Below, piece by piece: positions 1 to 14,201 of a DNA stretch of 64,000 nucleotides; position 1 is the stretch's first letter, and the number at the start of each line of letters is the position of its first letter. The notes beneath the pieces were generated by a model that saw only the letters and a list, made by a program, of their open reading frames with translations, was not told the DNA's origin and made no database searches. This DNA is from Atractiella rhizophila (Eukaryota), in contig MU271185.1 in assembly GCA_021432655.1 (NCBI GenBank), positions 62,001 through 126,000 of the forward strand, read 5' to 3'. Position numbers and translations under genes: made by a program.

Positions 1-252
1 GTATTAACCGAAATGGACCTGAATTGAATGTGCCTACGAGTTAGATCACTCACTCTGTGTCATTCCCTTTGTCCTTCTGAGCTAAAACATGGCAGATGAC
101 GAAGCGCCGATTGAGTGGAGAAAATGGACGTTTGTTGACAGATTCTCAACAGAAGGAACTTTGCAAACTAACAAAAGTGACTTCTGCGGCAAGATTTATA
201 CCATCATGACGATAATATATCTGTTCACAGACATGAAACCCCTAACTCCACA

Positions 253-1958
253 TCAAGTCAGATAATAGCTCCACATTCCGTCCTGGAGTGGAAATGGTCC
301 CAACTTGGGGTCCCAGCGCTCTTTCTCCGATTTTAACCTCTGCATTGCATCTTCCCAACCTTCTGCAGCGACAATCCCATCTCCCTCGCATCCAATCCTA
401 TTGAGTAAACCATCAAGCTCTTGCTCGAACTCTTCATATCTCTTGAATGTTTCGACGTGGTCGTCCAATTCAGTTTCCGTGAATGGAAAAGGCGGTCGAG
501 GATCCTCTCTCCACATCTCCCAATTCTCCAAACACTTCAAAATCGCTTCTCGATACGGTGTAAGCCCATCGCTCCATGAGCGCAGAACAAGTTGAGGAAA
601 GTTCGCGAGCTCGCTAGCATTTGGAAAGCTAGCAGCGATTCTTCGCGTCGTGTTTGCCGCGCTAAGCACGCTTCTTGCCTGGTAAGCTTTCCATCGCATA
701 GCGAACTTGTGTTCCAGGCGAATAGCGTCTATTTCTTCTTGGGGAAGACCATCAAGGTCCGGCAGAGATGGCTTTTCAAGAACTCCTTCAGGAACTTCAA
801 TGCGGGAGCCGCGATAAGCTAGGGCTGGCGCCAGACTCGCTTGCATGAACAACGGTCCCACGCATGCATCTTGCCAATCGAGCAAGCCTGTGATTGTGGC
901 GTCTCCTGATTCGGAGACCATGATGTTGGCCAGTGAAAGCTCGGGATGCCAGAGTATGGGGCAGGTAATGTCAGGCAGGCTGGGGAGAAAATCAGGAAAG
1001 AACCTTTCAAATATGTCTTGCAAGTGTAAGGCTTCCGTTAGCGTCGCTCGCGGTTCTGGACCCTTGACTCGAAAGCTGTTAGACTCGCTTATCTGAGATC
1101 GAGTGGTGAGCCAAAAGCGTTGGACGGTCGACAAAGATCGAAACAAATCTTCTGTTGTTTTCCAAGGGCCTCGAGAAACTTTCAAATCAGCGTAATCATG
1201 GCGCCACCAGAGGTGATGGGCAATAGGTCCAATAGTGTACTTTGACGAATCTTCGGTTTCCTCTGGATAGAACCGAGAAGACTGTAAATCAACTGGAAGA
1301 TCATTTTTGAAATAAATACTTCCATGAGAAGAGAGGTGCGTGGTCTCGAATTTTTTCTCAATCGCTCGTAAATCGTTGAGGAATGCTACAACCTGACCTT
1401 TCTCGATATGTGCCCACCTTCCCACAATATTTCAACGCCTAGTAATTACCGTAGATAGAACGAAAAACAGGAGAACCTTTTGTACAGAGGAACACCCTGA
1501 ACCTTCTCCATCAAGATGAACTCACTCCCAACTGGCGTAGCATCAGCTCGAGCGCTCCAAGCGAAAACTTCTGGACAAGGGATAGAAAGCTCATTACGAA
1601 CAAAATCCATCGTCGCAACCTGGCTGGCGGTCGAGTAAAATGTCGGACGGTTCATGGAATAAGGCACTCTAGCGATGAGCTCCCGACCGTTATCGAACGT
1701 GAGCAAATAAGTCCTATTGTAGCCACCTTCCGCAAGTTTCTCAAACGACGTGCAAAATTTCGCGTTCATCGTCTTTATCCCGATTTCTGCAAGTGCATGG
1801 GGATTAAAGTTGGTATGGCGAGCTCGTAAAAGCTGCACTTCGTTATAGAGGGCTCTTTTTTCGGAGGCAAAGAAGATTGGTGACTTGACAAACAAGTCTG
1901 AATGAGGTCCTGAAGTAGATATCTTCTTGAGCAAATTATTTCCTATCCTGGCGAACAT
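253..1958 (-). CDS. Aminoglycoside phosphotransferase (APH)-family / Aim9-like protein kinase-like protein, 2 exons
   Basis: ORFs 1446-1958 and 253-1425 are joined by a ~59-nt intron (~1418-1476). Motifs EGGYNRTYLL, ELIARVP, ASQVATMDFVR, PVGSEFILMEKV, WHPELSLANIMV and LLDWQ are typical of fungal APH/Aim9-like proteins. Confidence 0.8.
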
Positions 1959-2748
1959 CTTGAAGTACGACTGAGATTAAAGCAGGCTAATTGCCCCAAA
2001 ATTCATAAATAGTTCTAAGGAAAGTTGAAGTGTAAATCTTCCTCCTTTCTCTGCTCGGATCCGGGACACAAGCGAAGGCTAGAAATCCGTCTCTGGAAGA
2101 TTCAGCAAAGTCCCTCACAAATACTGAGATTTCACTGGTAAGGCGTTTAACTTCGTTGAAGTGGAGAACTTTCCTGAGTTTCAGCCTTTCGAATTTCAAA
2201 CTTTCAACTTTATGACATGGCGACAAATTCTCTCAAACGAAGAGTTGACAGACTCAGAAAGAGTTGAGGTCGGTGTACGCTGAGGGTGCTGAAATTTATC
2301 GTAAATCACAATGACCTTTCGCTTTGTTCAATATTTCCAATGTCCCTATGTGCAAAGTACTTTTGACTCTACTACTTGACAGAGGAGAAGGCTGATGAAT
2401 ACTAGGACTAGAGGAAAAGTGAAACGAGCGGCACTGATAAGTAGAGAACAAGATAAGACGTCAGAAAGGTGACCCAGAGTAGAAAAGATCGAAACAACAC
2501 ATGCGAACAAAACAATCCTCGACATTCGAGAGAAGAATAAAAGCACAAGTAAAGCTCTTTGAACAACGAGAGTGGTTAATACTTTGAACGGGAAATCTAC
2601 GGATATCTTAGGCGGAATTACTATATCAATCAATAGATCGATAAAATTCACTGAACGCACTCATCAGACAAAAAATAAGGCCTGGGCAGCCCAAAAAAGG
2701 AATTGCGAATCCAAAACGACGGCATGCGAACGTTCGATGATTAACATC

Positions 2749-5700
2749 CTAATCATCTCCCGTCCTGCTGAGCCAGTGCTGGCTCTGTCCAACCATCCAA
2801 ATAGCATTCTCAGCGGTGAAGAACACCCTCTCGGTTCCACTTCTCGCTGTCCACGCCTTCTGATCCCTCAATACGACCGCTTGTTGCGCGGCATAATTCC
2901 TTTGTACGCAATCAAATTGCTCCCGGTTATGCGTTCCATCGAGGACAATGTCGATATCCTCAAGACAGGATACAAGGACGTTGTGGGCAATGTGATGTTG
3001 TGATGTTCGTCGATATTGACGGGGGGAGGCACTTGTCATCGGAGCGAGATTGGACATGATTGCGGTGACGATGCGTTTCGTCTCACTCAGCAATCGTTGG
3101 GCTTGAGCGTCATTGCGTCTCGACATGAGCAAGAGTGTACGAGTTAGCATATCGGCCACGAGAAGCTCAAGACGACGGCGGACGATGGCAGGGTCGCTGA
3201 CAAGAGGAGGAGAGCGAGTGCCCGGAGGAGCTGGAGGGGTGAGGGTGATGGTGAGAAGTGAGGGGTAAGGTAATCGTGAGACGTATTTCCCGACAGCAGG
3301 ATCTCGATAGGCAGCATTGACCTCGAAGAGGGGAACCTCATCGATCATTCCATCGAAAAGGTCGTCCTCATAGAAATTCGAACCTTGGAACTCATCCAAA
3401 GTTGCAGGATTGAGCCCAACCTTTTTAAGGAAGAACTCGTCGGTCGCAGTGTTGAAAGCTTGCTTCCCATTCGGGGTAGCGTGCGGTGACCCAGTCCCGT
3501 ACTCGCCGTTTCCATAGAAAGCCATTTCGACTTCGACCAGCATCTCCTTTTTCTCCCCATACCTCAACTCCCCAAGATCGATGTCCACGTCCTTCCCATC
3601 AGAAGAAACAATGGCTCCTTGCGTCCCGGCGACCTTTCGAATTCGGAACCACCGACGCTCGGGAACGTTCAGGTGTAGACGGAAGTTCGTTAGCGCGACG
3701 GAAAGCATGCCACCGATGCAACCGGCCAGACAATCTCGTAGGTGATACCATTCGCGAACGAAGGTGTATGTTCCGGCCGTGTGGTTCGACAATAGCCAAA
3801 GAGATGAGGGGTCATGCGATTTGCCCCAACCGAAAGCGTGAATCGGGACACTGTATAACTTGTCAGTAGGTGACCGAGAACAGGAAATGAATGACGGACT
3901 TCGCTGCCTCGGCTCGAGCCATGACGAGATCCATCTGCTGCTTTTGAGCCCCGTCCCTTCCATCATTCATGAGTATCATCCCAGTGAGAGCACTCTTCGC
4001 TTTCCTCTGCAAGACGATATCGAGGGCTGGTAGGTCAAACTATCAGTTCCACCGGAAAAAAAAACGGGGACGACGGAGAGACCAACCAAGGTTGACAGCT
4101 GTGACGACATTCACTCGATCCTCCTTGTGCTCAATCATGCCCAACATCTCTCCCGAACCCCCTTGGCTGTACTCCGAACCCAAATCATTGACAACAGCTT
4201 CAAGTCTCCTTCTTCCCTCTTCCTTCCCAACTGCCAAAAACGGCGTCTTCCTTAGAACACCTTTTGTGCCCTCCCCAGCCGAATAAGTGACAACGCTCAG
4301 CCTCGCTAGCGGTCCGATGATGTGAATGATAAAGTCCAGCGTCTGCTTGATGACTTTCAGCTTGAGTTGGAAGGAGGAAGGAGCAGTGCTAAAGGACGGG
4401 ACAGAAAGGATGATCATGAGATCGAGGGAGACGAAGGGTCTGGGAGGTGTGGCGGGTATGAGGGATGGAGGAGCGGTGGCGTAACCTTGGTTCGAGGGGG
4501 AGTGAGAAGGAGGAGGGTAAGGTTCTTCTTCCGGTATAGTCTTCGACGAAGATTGGTAAGAAGTGGGTATGGACGACATCGTTCCTCTGCTCGAATATCC
4601 GCTTCCGGCATTCGACATGTTGTTAGAGGAGTAATCGGTGCTCGTCGTTATTTGTGTTCGCTCTGAAATCATACTGTCCCTCTTCAACCCGGCGTTGCTT
4701 CCATCTCCTACAGGATTTGAGGACGAAGGGTGATTGTGTTCAAAGACAAGGGCCTCAATCTGCCGCTTCCAAGTATCGAGAGTCCCTAGGTCCTTGAATA
4801 TCATCACGAACTGGTCAAGATTGTTGTCCTCCATCGTGATAGTCAAACTGACATCCCCATTCTCCTTGGACGTGTCATCGATCCTCTTGATGTGGCGAAC
4901 GTAAACTCTTCCCTTGAGTCTGAGCTTGTCGCTCCCACGCTGAGATGAATCGACCATCTTCCCTCCCTTCCTCCTATCGTCCGTGACACAGAGCAACGCC
5001 TCCTCGAAAAGGTATACCAAAAACTGTTCCACATGAAAGGACAATCAGCACCGCAAGTCTAGAGCAGAAAGAAGTCCGTACCTCTCGCACGTTCCTCTCC
5101 TTCCTCACATGCAAAAAGTCATACATCTTCAAATCTCCAAAGTCTTCTGGACTATGACCCTTCCAATCCGCCATCCTCGAGTGCAAGTCCTCGACAAGTG
5201 CGGCGAACGGGCTATTACCCCCAACCTGAGAACTACCCGGCGTGGTATTAACCGGAGGCGTTGTACCGTAGGCATAAGCGGAATAAACGGATTGCTGGGG
5301 GGAGGGAGATCTAGTAGGTTGCGAAGGCGAGGAGAAAGTGGAAGAACTGGATGGAGGAGGCAAGGGATGATGATGATGACCGCCATGATGGGACTTGGAG
5401 AAATTGCTCGGCGTCGGCGTGCTCGAACTCGTCGTCGAGTCCGTCAACCTCGACTCTCTCTCCCTCCTCGTCCTCACGCTCGGTGGGTCCCTCATCCCGT
5501 GCCCATTATCGCTCTCCCTCTTCATACCCCTACTTCCTCCTCCATATCCGCTCCCGACAAAAGGATTGACCATCTTCCCACTGCTCGGAATTTCCACCGT
5601 GACCATACATGTCAAATGTTTCTTATCCCTCTCCGTGCTCCTCGCAATGCTCGCATGCTCCGCTCTAACAGTGATGATGGGCTGCACCGGTGGTCTCTCT

Positions 5701-7156
5701 AGCGTCACCGCCGCCGCCAACTGAGCATGAGCATGAGGATTCGTCTTTCCCCCCGAGCCTCCGGACCCGTTACTCCTCACGCTCGTGAGGTCCGAAGGGA
5801 TCTGTGCGCCACCGATGATGGCCGCAAGGGTTTCCTCGCTCCCCCTCTTCGGTCCTCTCTTGCCCATCCCGCCCCCTCCTCCAATAATGAGGTCGTCGTC
5901 TTCCTCGGGGTCGTGGAGCGATCCGATGGAGCCGTCCGGCATGATGGTCCTTTTGGAGATGGAACGCATCTTGTGCGAATCCATAGGTGCAGTCCCTGCC
6001 CTATTGGGGATTCCAAAGATGGCAGCTGACTCTGCAAACCCATACCTCATTCAATACCTAGAGCACTTCTTTCGATAAGGGGAGAGGGAGGACGCACTGT
6101 CTTTACCCTTGTTGGTATCCCCATCTCCCAACTTCATATCTCTCCTACAAACGCCGCACAGGCCCAACGCCTGCCCCGGCTTCGCTCTTGCTCTTGCCAC
6201 ACCACCATAAACCGCCTCAAAACATGCATCATCTTTCCCCACAATCGAATCAACATCCATCCACCATCCTAGAACTTCGAACTTCGAAGGGGATGCAATC
6301 AGAAGGGTGGGGAAGGGAAGGACGTACGAAGTCTATGACCGCACTGAGGCTTGATGTGCGGTCTCTCGCCCGCCAATCTCAACGACAGCGGTTCCAAGCA
6401 AACAGGACACTTTTCTTCCTCCATTCTTCCAGCTCTCTCTTCCACAAAATCCATAAAACCCTCTTCTTCCTCGCTCTTCTTCGTCTGCGCGGCGTACGGG
6501 TGCGAAGTCGAGAGATCGAACTTGACCGTGCGCGTCGTGGAGCTCGTTTGGTTCGAGAGCGCCGAGAGGGTGGAGAAGGCGGCGGAGGTGGTGGTCGAGG
6601 TCGAGGTCTTGGATAGTTTGGAGAAGGAGGAGGAGACTGTGCTCGACGGTGGTGGTGGATGGGGTCGATGTGGGTGGCGGTAGGAATGAGAAGGGGAGAG
6701 TGGCGAATTGAGGGTGGAGGGATTCGGAGAAAAATCTGAGAAGAGTGAACCGTAGGACGAATTGGTGGTTACTTGTGGCGGGAGGGGTGATCGTGGGCTG
6801 GAAGGGAGACGAAAATTTGGTTCTTCGAGGATGTTCTGGATGTTTTTCCTGTGTGTAATCGAGTTCTGGTTTGAAGTCGACGAGGATGAGGATGCGGGAG
6901 CTGAAGCGTTGTTCTTCGACTTCGATTTGTTCCTTCCCAACAGTGCGTTGAGAAATCTGGACCCGGTCGAGGAGGATACGGAGCTAGAAGTGTTTGTTGA
7001 GATGATCGAAGGTGCAGATTGTTTTGAACCTCCGGAGCGCTGCTTTGTGATTTTGCGATTCGACGAAGCCGATGAGATGAGGGTGGAGGTTGGGGAATCA
7101 GGCCTTGGTGGTGCTGGTGCTGGTCTATGATAGCTGGTGTGGGTGGCAGAGGACAT
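2749..7156 (-). CDS. FAR1: Far1/Ste5-like scaffold: Ser/Pro-rich N-terminus, RING finger, PH domain, vWA domain (multi-exon)
   Basis: RING: CPVCLEPL...CGHRLH..CFEAVY...CGVCRR. PH: FLVYLFEEALLCV...LRLKGRVYVRHI...LDTWKRQI. vWA: LDLMIILSVP...ARLSVVTYS...PIHAFGWG. This RING-PH-vWA order is that of fungal Far1/Ste5. Confidence 0.75.
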
Positions 7157-8901
7157 TGACCCTCATCAATACGAGTTTCTCATGTGGCCTCACAATGATC
7201 TGGTACAATCGAAGCTGGACGAAATGTTCGTCATTGGTCCATCCAGCATCTTCCCGTGCACTTCCAACGGCAAAAACTCACAGTCGATCTCGTTCTCAGC
7301 CGTTCCTTCTGACCTTCCTTAATGACCTTCTCGTCAATAGTGAAGATAAGGATGCCTTTCTCTCCGCGTAGTTGAATTGGCTTTAGAAAGAGATTGCGAC
7401 CGTTCCAGTTGGGACGTTGGCAGATGTTCTTGGAAGAATTTCTAAAGCAAGACACTCGTCAATTTGCGAATCGCGCCATCTCGATGCAACACAATAATAG
7501 TTAATGACCGCCCAACAAAACGACAAATTGGGGATGGAAACGGCGAAGAAGGACAAGGATGGCAGAAGCAGCTGCAAGTCGGTCTTCCCTTGCTAATTCC
7601 TCGCGAAGAACAACAACTGGCCGACACCCAGGACCAAACGCTCACCGGTATGGGATGGTATACACCCTCTGCGCTGCTGTTGGCGTTCAGATGAGGGCTG
7701 GGCGATGGTCGTTCCCTTTCTTTTGCTCGAAAGCACTCAAGGACGTCGCGCGAACATCGAAAGATGTTTAGGTTCTCAGACTATTTACGTACTCCGAACC
7801 TTGTTTGCTCCCATCAACTCCCAGAGGCCTTTTTCAGGATATTTCAGCCTCAAGAACGCAGCCAAAGTTGCTTACGCAGTGGCAAAGAAGCTTTAGTGAC
7901 TTCCTACGCCTATCGCTCTGCAGCAGGGAGCGTGTTATGAGCTCCAAAAACACTCTACTAACTGTACGCAAACTCTGCGGGAGCGTTCTCGCTTCCCTGT
8001 CCCTCTAACTTTCTCGCGTTAACGCCAACTAAGCACTTCTAAATCTTCATCAAGCTGCGCCCGATTCCGCGCCTTCTTCATTGCAAGATTGAGACTGCAT
8101 CCTCTTTTCACAAGCACAGGGCAGAGCACAAGTGGACAAGGCCAACGCCTACAGTAGTAATACTTGGCTAGTACGTATGTATGTGAGAGCTTGAGCTTGG
8201 ATGCGTTTGATTGCAATATTGGTGAGCGATAACAACCGAAATCACCGATTTCGAATTCGTCCTCTCGACCCTGGGAACGTTATGAACGATCATGAATCCA
8301 CAACCTGAGCGGAGCGTGTCGATCCAGCTTGATTGCCTTTAGCCCGACGCGTCCCGTCCACCTCCCGGCCGTCTCTGGTGCAAATATTCCGTCTCAGCTT
8401 CGTCTTCGCGCTGATTATGATTTCTTCACCACCATCGTTTATGTTTCTTCTCCTTCCCTCTTCCCTGCTCTTCCCTATCCCTCCTGCTGCGATGACGCGC
8501 AATACAATTGCTGCCTCCTGCCCGTATGTACTGGGATGTCCGTCCGTCCGCGTCTCACTTACAATATAACATAACCTCATTTGAACTGGAGGTTTGAATC
8601 GATGCCAGAGGTAAGATCAGAGGCAAGGACAAACGTCAGGGCGGTGGAAAATGTATCTCGTCCTCGTACTCTGGTGCGTACGTCTTTGGGCATGCTGCCA
8701 GTTCTATGTCCACTGCAAGTTGCAATTCGACCTGGTACCTTTTCACCGAATCATCATTGGTTTGCTTCACGATGTCAAGATTGTTGCTTGTTGTTGGAGC
8801 CATTCTCTATTGTATCTCTTTGTCAGTATCCAGGAGGTCAAGATTCTGGAAACCGACCTCGGGCAAGATGCCTGAATTCGAAGTAGCTGCCTGACCTGAA
8901 G

Positions 8902-10672
8902 ATGTCGAATTGCTTTCGTTGTAGATCTCTATTCCTAGCCTTCAATGCGTCTAACTTTTGCCTCATCTATGGCGCAACAGATATTTTGGCCATAATGTGG
9001 AGGGAACACTCAGCAATACTTGATCATACCCATACTGCTCAAAACCAAGGTACGAAATTCAGAGAACTTTTACGACGCCTGCAACTCGTCAAACCAAAAC
9101 CGACAAAGAAACTTGACCTGCCATCGTTACCTCCCGAACTTGTTGATTTGATCTTTCAACACGTCTTTATCATAGTGGGACATTCATCCTTCTCCCATCT
9201 GCTCACCCTTTCGAAGCGCCTTTATCCCATCTTGCTCGCAATCTTATTCTCCAAGGTAAACATATGGGCAGACAACTATCCACAATTTACTTCAATCCTC
9301 CAATCTAATCACTATCTCGCTTCTTCGCTGCGACATCTTACGGTTCGCCCTGCTCGAAAGTTTCTCAATATGGCTTCCAAAGGCGACCTCAGAGATTTAA
9401 ACGACCTTCCTCTATCTACCACCAAAGTGCTACGAACTCTTCTATGGCCAACCATCCACAATTCACACTTCTTCGTCGTAAATTGGTCCATACCCATCTT
9501 CCCAAGCCTTCGATTGCTAGGCATTTCCGGACTCGAACAAGGGAACATTCTCGACCTCGTCCCTTCGTTTTGGTCTGCCTTTCCAGCTCTGGAAACTCTG
9601 ATAGTAAAAAGTTCAGATCGCGGTCCGCTTTGGATTTCTTTCGACGAGCCAGACACTCCAAAATTGACAAAGCTCGTCCTTGACACGCAGGGGGGGCGTG
9701 AAGGCCGATTTTACTCTGTCCCGCGGTTGCAGCAATCGCTCCGATGTCTTTCCTTGCGAGAATCAACGATCTCAAACAGTGTCGATTTGGCGGCCGTCCT
9801 ACTCTCCCTCCCGTGCTTGAGGGAGCTTACGCTTCTTGATATTTCGAGACCCGTGTTGGCTGTATTGCCCAATTTGACTGAGCTCCGCCTTGAAGGCCCC
9901 GTGATGCCAGGCGAACTAGCCTTCAGGACGACATCACTCAGCCAATCGTTGTGTCACGTCTTTCCAAAGCTGTCGCAGTTTCGATCTCTCCAATCTCTCA
10001 CACTGCAGAGACTGTTTATAGACAGTGGTTCTCGATCTTACCCGTTCAGGTTCTCACTGGATCACTTGCACATATCCTACTGCCACATCGCTGACTCCTC
10101 TGACTTCCTCTTGGTGACGACGAGGGACCTCTATGTTCGCCCATACAACCTCTTGGCTCCCTTTTCTTTCTTCCTTCCTTTCCCTAGACTCGTCGCACTC
10201 GAGTACTGCGGTACACTCGAAGACTTGAAACCCTTCGAATCAGCAGCGATCGGCCTTCAAGCGCTTTCGTTCGTCCACGATGTCATCCCATCCAGGACCA
10301 CACATCCCGACTACTACACCGACGATCAGCTCCACCTCAACTTTCCCGCTCTGAAGAAACTGTCAGTGCGTGCGACGTGGGCCAAGAAACGATTCGACAT
10401 GCTCTGTGTTTTGGTGCGCGATGTCGAAATGCGGCGGTTGGACAAACTCGAGAACGTCGAGTTGCGGTTAAGCGATGTACGTCTCTCCTTTCCTGCAAGT
10501 CAGTGAGAAGCTAAGGAGTTGTTAGTATGAGTTCAAGCTGGTATCGTGGAGACGCAATGATTTGGTGAACAGGCTCAAGAAAGCTGGTTTGACCGTGGTT
10601 GTTTGCAACGACGATATGCACGATGAGTCTAGTAGATGGAACGCTTGGAAAGAAGATGTTCTTCGAAATTGA
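8902..10672 (+). CDS. F-box / leucine-rich-repeat (RNI-like) protein
   Basis: 534-aa ORF with F-box LPSLPPELVDLIFQH and repeated LxxLxL units (FPSLRLLGI, FPALETLIV, LPCLRELTL, FPALKKLSV). A probable intron from ~10477 (GTACGT) leads to a last exon LVSWRR...VLRN* ending at 10672. The true start is uncertain. Confidence 0.7.
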
Positions 10673-11339
10673 AGCTGTCAGTGTGTGCAAGAACATTTTT
10701 CTTGAATTGTTCAACACAACGATTCAACAGTTTCTCGCTCCAAAAGCTCTGCCGTACCGACTCTCCTATCAGCCAGCTACGAACCTCCACCCTTCCACAA
10801 GTCTGCAGGTCCCACCCTTCGATTTCGATTTCATCATCACCTCCCAAGAGTACCATGTTTCAACTAGCACGCGAACAACGTCAAGTTCGCTGTACTTTCA
10901 TCCTCCATAATTGAAATATCCCAGCAGTACTTGAATTCTTCCTCTCAGGCCATGCCGCCTGCCACCTCCTGGAATGAATAATCTACGACTGCTAGGTTCT
11001 AACGCTCCCCAAGGTGTCTAACTCCTTCAACCAATCCTACCTACCATCCAAGGGCTTGCCAGACGCGGATTTATTTTTGCTGAAAGATAATAGCTCTATG
11101 ACGTTGAATCAATGAGGATTTAAACGGGGCTCGAGTCTTCAATGAATGAATAAAGTTCCATGCACCACTGGTTAATTATGATACTTGCTTATTTCAGTTT
11201 TTTAGCCCGTACCGCGAAGAACGTCGAGCTTTATGTGCAGGTTTCGTATTGCTAACATCAAGGCAATTCACATTGCAAGAGTATTAATACGGAAAAGAAA
11301 GGACTGAGGACGGTGCGTCTTGCGTTGCAAGAGTAAGCG

Positions 11340-11655
11340 CGATGCGCAGATATAATGCCAGATTGCCAAATGAAAACGAAGACAGAACCAGTGACTGAAG
11401 AAATAATGAGTTGAAGTAAAAGCAACCTGTTGCAAAACACCAGCAGATAACATTGTAAGAAACGGAGCAGGCATTCGATACTCCGTGAAAGTAAAGACCC
11501 TAGAAGAGAAAGAGTGTGTCAGGCGCCGATCGAATTATATGCCAGATTGAAAATGGAAACAGAACCAGCAGCGGATGAAACGATGAGATCAAATAAAAGA
11601 AACCTGCTGTAAAACATTCAGGAGGTAAGACATAAGAAACGGAGCAGGCATTGAT
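11340..11655. repeat. Diverged direct repeat, copies spaced ~180 bp apart, downstream of gene A1
   Basis: The blocks atgccagattg, acagaacca, aacctg and taagaaacggagcaggcatt occur in the same order at ~11355-11476 and ~11539-11652. Confidence 0.75.
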
Positions 11656-11749
11656 GATCGTGCGGTTTGATAGACAACAAGTCGGAGAAGGCAAAATATT
11701 TGAAGGGCTCGGCATGCTTTGTCTTGCTTCCCACACATGTTATCCGTTC

Positions 11750-12100
11750 AACCGTTATTGAAAGGACGTCCAACTTCTGGATCCTGTATCATGATCGGAG
11801 TTCAGTTGGCAGTGGTCTCTGAGGTAGCTAGATACTTGCCATCAGAGAGTGTGAACATTGAAGAAGCGGACGGGACCTACGGTTGCTGTGGGCAGTCTCA
11901 TTCATTACTGCTTGAAATGCCATGGCAAGTGGACTTTCTGGAATGTAGATGAGAGACTGCCGAAGGGCTTGAGCTACTTCGTCTGGAGAGAGCCGAGAAA
12001 GCTGAATGGCTGCACTGATGTCTCGATCTGTCGATAACCCTTCACCTATGAGTGACATAACCGTCGTGTAGGATGGCGTCGATGGATCCTGATGAGACAT
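11750..12100 (-). CDS. Orphan small protein A1 (cassette 1)
   Basis: MSHQDPSTPSY...SPLAMAFQAVMNETAHSN, then a phase-1 GTAGGT intron at the same position as in A2 and A3. The last exon may be frameshifted. Confidence 0.55.
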
Positions 12101-13369
12101 GCTTTAGGTTCAGCGAGGTGAACTTCTATCAAGAAATGGTTAGCTCTCTTAACGAAGTTCACAATTTTTACTAAGTTCTTGCCAGCACCAACGGGAGGTT
12201 AAACTGTGGTGGGGCGGATAGCTTTTTTTTGAAAAGGAGACAATCGTATATATCGTAAAGGTGGTCAGGCGAAGTAGGCGTGACCGAAGGTGAAGCACTG
12301 CTGGGTTAAGAATGTGGGTGGAAGTTGAATAAATGATACCAATGCTGCGAATTAAGGGAGCCGAGAAGTTTTGGAAAGTTCTTTTTACGAGTGGATTGGT
12401 TTTATGGACATGGTGAGGACGAGGAGGACGTCATTGACGCGAGTCGTGTCTCACAAGTCGCACGCTTGTTTGTACGTTTGTACATAACGACCTCTGCGTT
12501 CGACTCAGACGTTGAATACGAGTAAATAAGTAAATACGTCCTAGACATCCGTACCAAGGTGCACGACGCTGGAGTACTTGATTATTCTTACTGGCAGTGC
12601 TAAACCTGTCTGTCTGTACCATTACAGTATACAGTACTGGCTGGCCAGTCAGTCTTCTCTCTCAAATCGCGATGTAGCACTGAGAATAACAGATTAGGTA
12701 ATACCGCAAACAAATGATGAATATTGCGCTGAATGCCAGCTGTTCCTAATAAACTTTGACAAGTGACTCTTGGGTGACTTTTCAGTTTGACAGCTTACAG
12801 TAACTTTGAGGTAACAAATCTCCAAAACTGTGCAGGTTCTAATTGACGAAGCTACAACCTTTCAACGCTATAAGTGTCAAAGCAACGCGGAGGTATGAAG
12901 GAACGTCCAGTGAGTAAAACTTTTTTATTAAGCGCGCATTTTGATAGGTAATAATCAAGCCAGCATGAAATGGAGGACATAAATGTCGTCTTGCTTCATA
13001 ACTAGAGAAAGGAAACTGAATGGTCTCGAAATTGAATGAGAAGAAACAGAGCCATCTGAGAGGGGAGAAACAGACCGAGACAAGTATAGCAAGAGGAGAC
13101 GCAGGGCAGCCCAAAGATGGAGCATAGATGACAACGAAACACGAAACCAACACATGAACGAATGTCGGAAGTGCGGAGTCTCAGTTGAATATCACATACT
13201 ACATTGAAGACCCTTGAGAGTTCGAAGGAAGACTAGGAGAAAAGTGATAATAGTTAGTCCTGGAATTCACGGTACTGTTGAGCCTCGACGCAATTTTAAC
13301 GTTTTTTGTGGGCATGTTCGAAGTTTTACTGTATCAAAGCCAGTCCAGTCGATTCTACACTACCGTGAT

Positions 13370-14114
13370 TCAGGCATGGTAGAGCTGTTCAACTCCTTCG
13401 ATACAAGTGTAAATACTAGAGAAGGTGACAACATTATGAGCGACATCACCACTGTTCCTCTCTGCTAGTGCCTCATAGAATGCCGTCCCCAAAGCATCCA
13501 AGGCTTGCGCTGATGGACCTCCAGGATCAGGGGAGGTGGTGTATTCGAACACATCAACTCCGCCGTCGAGAACCTGGCGACGATGCTGGCAAGCGTTTGA
13601 GCTGACCCCGAACCGAGTATCGAGTATCTGCCTCAAATTTTGAAATGCTTCCGCTTACGAGGCACAATCTCCATGTCAGACAAACTTAGACCTCTTAGGA
13701 CTTGAAGTTTTCTAGACGCCTGCATGAGATATGTGATATGTTAGGGGCTGCGGGCTTATTGCGGCGATGGGTTCCTTAAAAACGTCTAGAGGCTGTGCTG
13801 TGAACGGAACCGAATGAAAGGAGATTGTGAACGAGAAGAACGAAACAGTGATCAATTGATAGAGGTCCCTCGATGTTACGTCTAAGACGCGTAGGACGAA
13901 TTGAGCAAGAGCTGAAAATTCCCCACGTTCCACAAATTTTCTGTAAGCTGTGGGTCTCGGACAGCACGTCTGCAATGATCAGGTTTAGAACGAAATCTTG
14001 CGTACATCGCGGTTGCACGAGGCTCCTTTTCTTGTTGAAAAATCTGGAATTACATAACGCTGCGCCAGTCTTCCACTCTGAGTACATTGGCATGTCGTGA
14101 GGTGAGAGGGACAT
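13370..14114 (-). CDS. Orphan protein B1 (cassette 1)
   Basis: Core DPGGPSAQALDALGTAFYEALAERN, last exon GVEQLYHA*, upstream segment QFVLRVLDV. Homologous to segments at 17.3-18.0 kb and 27.9-28.7 kb. The 5' end is uncertain. Confidence 0.5.
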
Positions 14115-14201
14115 AAAAGCCGCGAAGGTCTAATCCATCCCACATTGGGGCAACATTATCATCATCACTCTCGACAGTTACTTCATCAGCATCTTCCCGT
14201 G

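Noticed and set aside
1..250. Possible 3' exon of a plus-strand gene at the window start
   Set aside because: Too short and no recognisable domain.
5109..7130. Several long plus-strand ORFs (e.g. 5109-5702, 6188-6616)
   Set aside because: They are antisense shadows of the low-complexity Far1-like coding sequence.
8290..8894. Short ORFs upstream of the F-box gene
   Set aside because: No recognisable motif. They could be 5' exons or UTR, but this cannot be supported.
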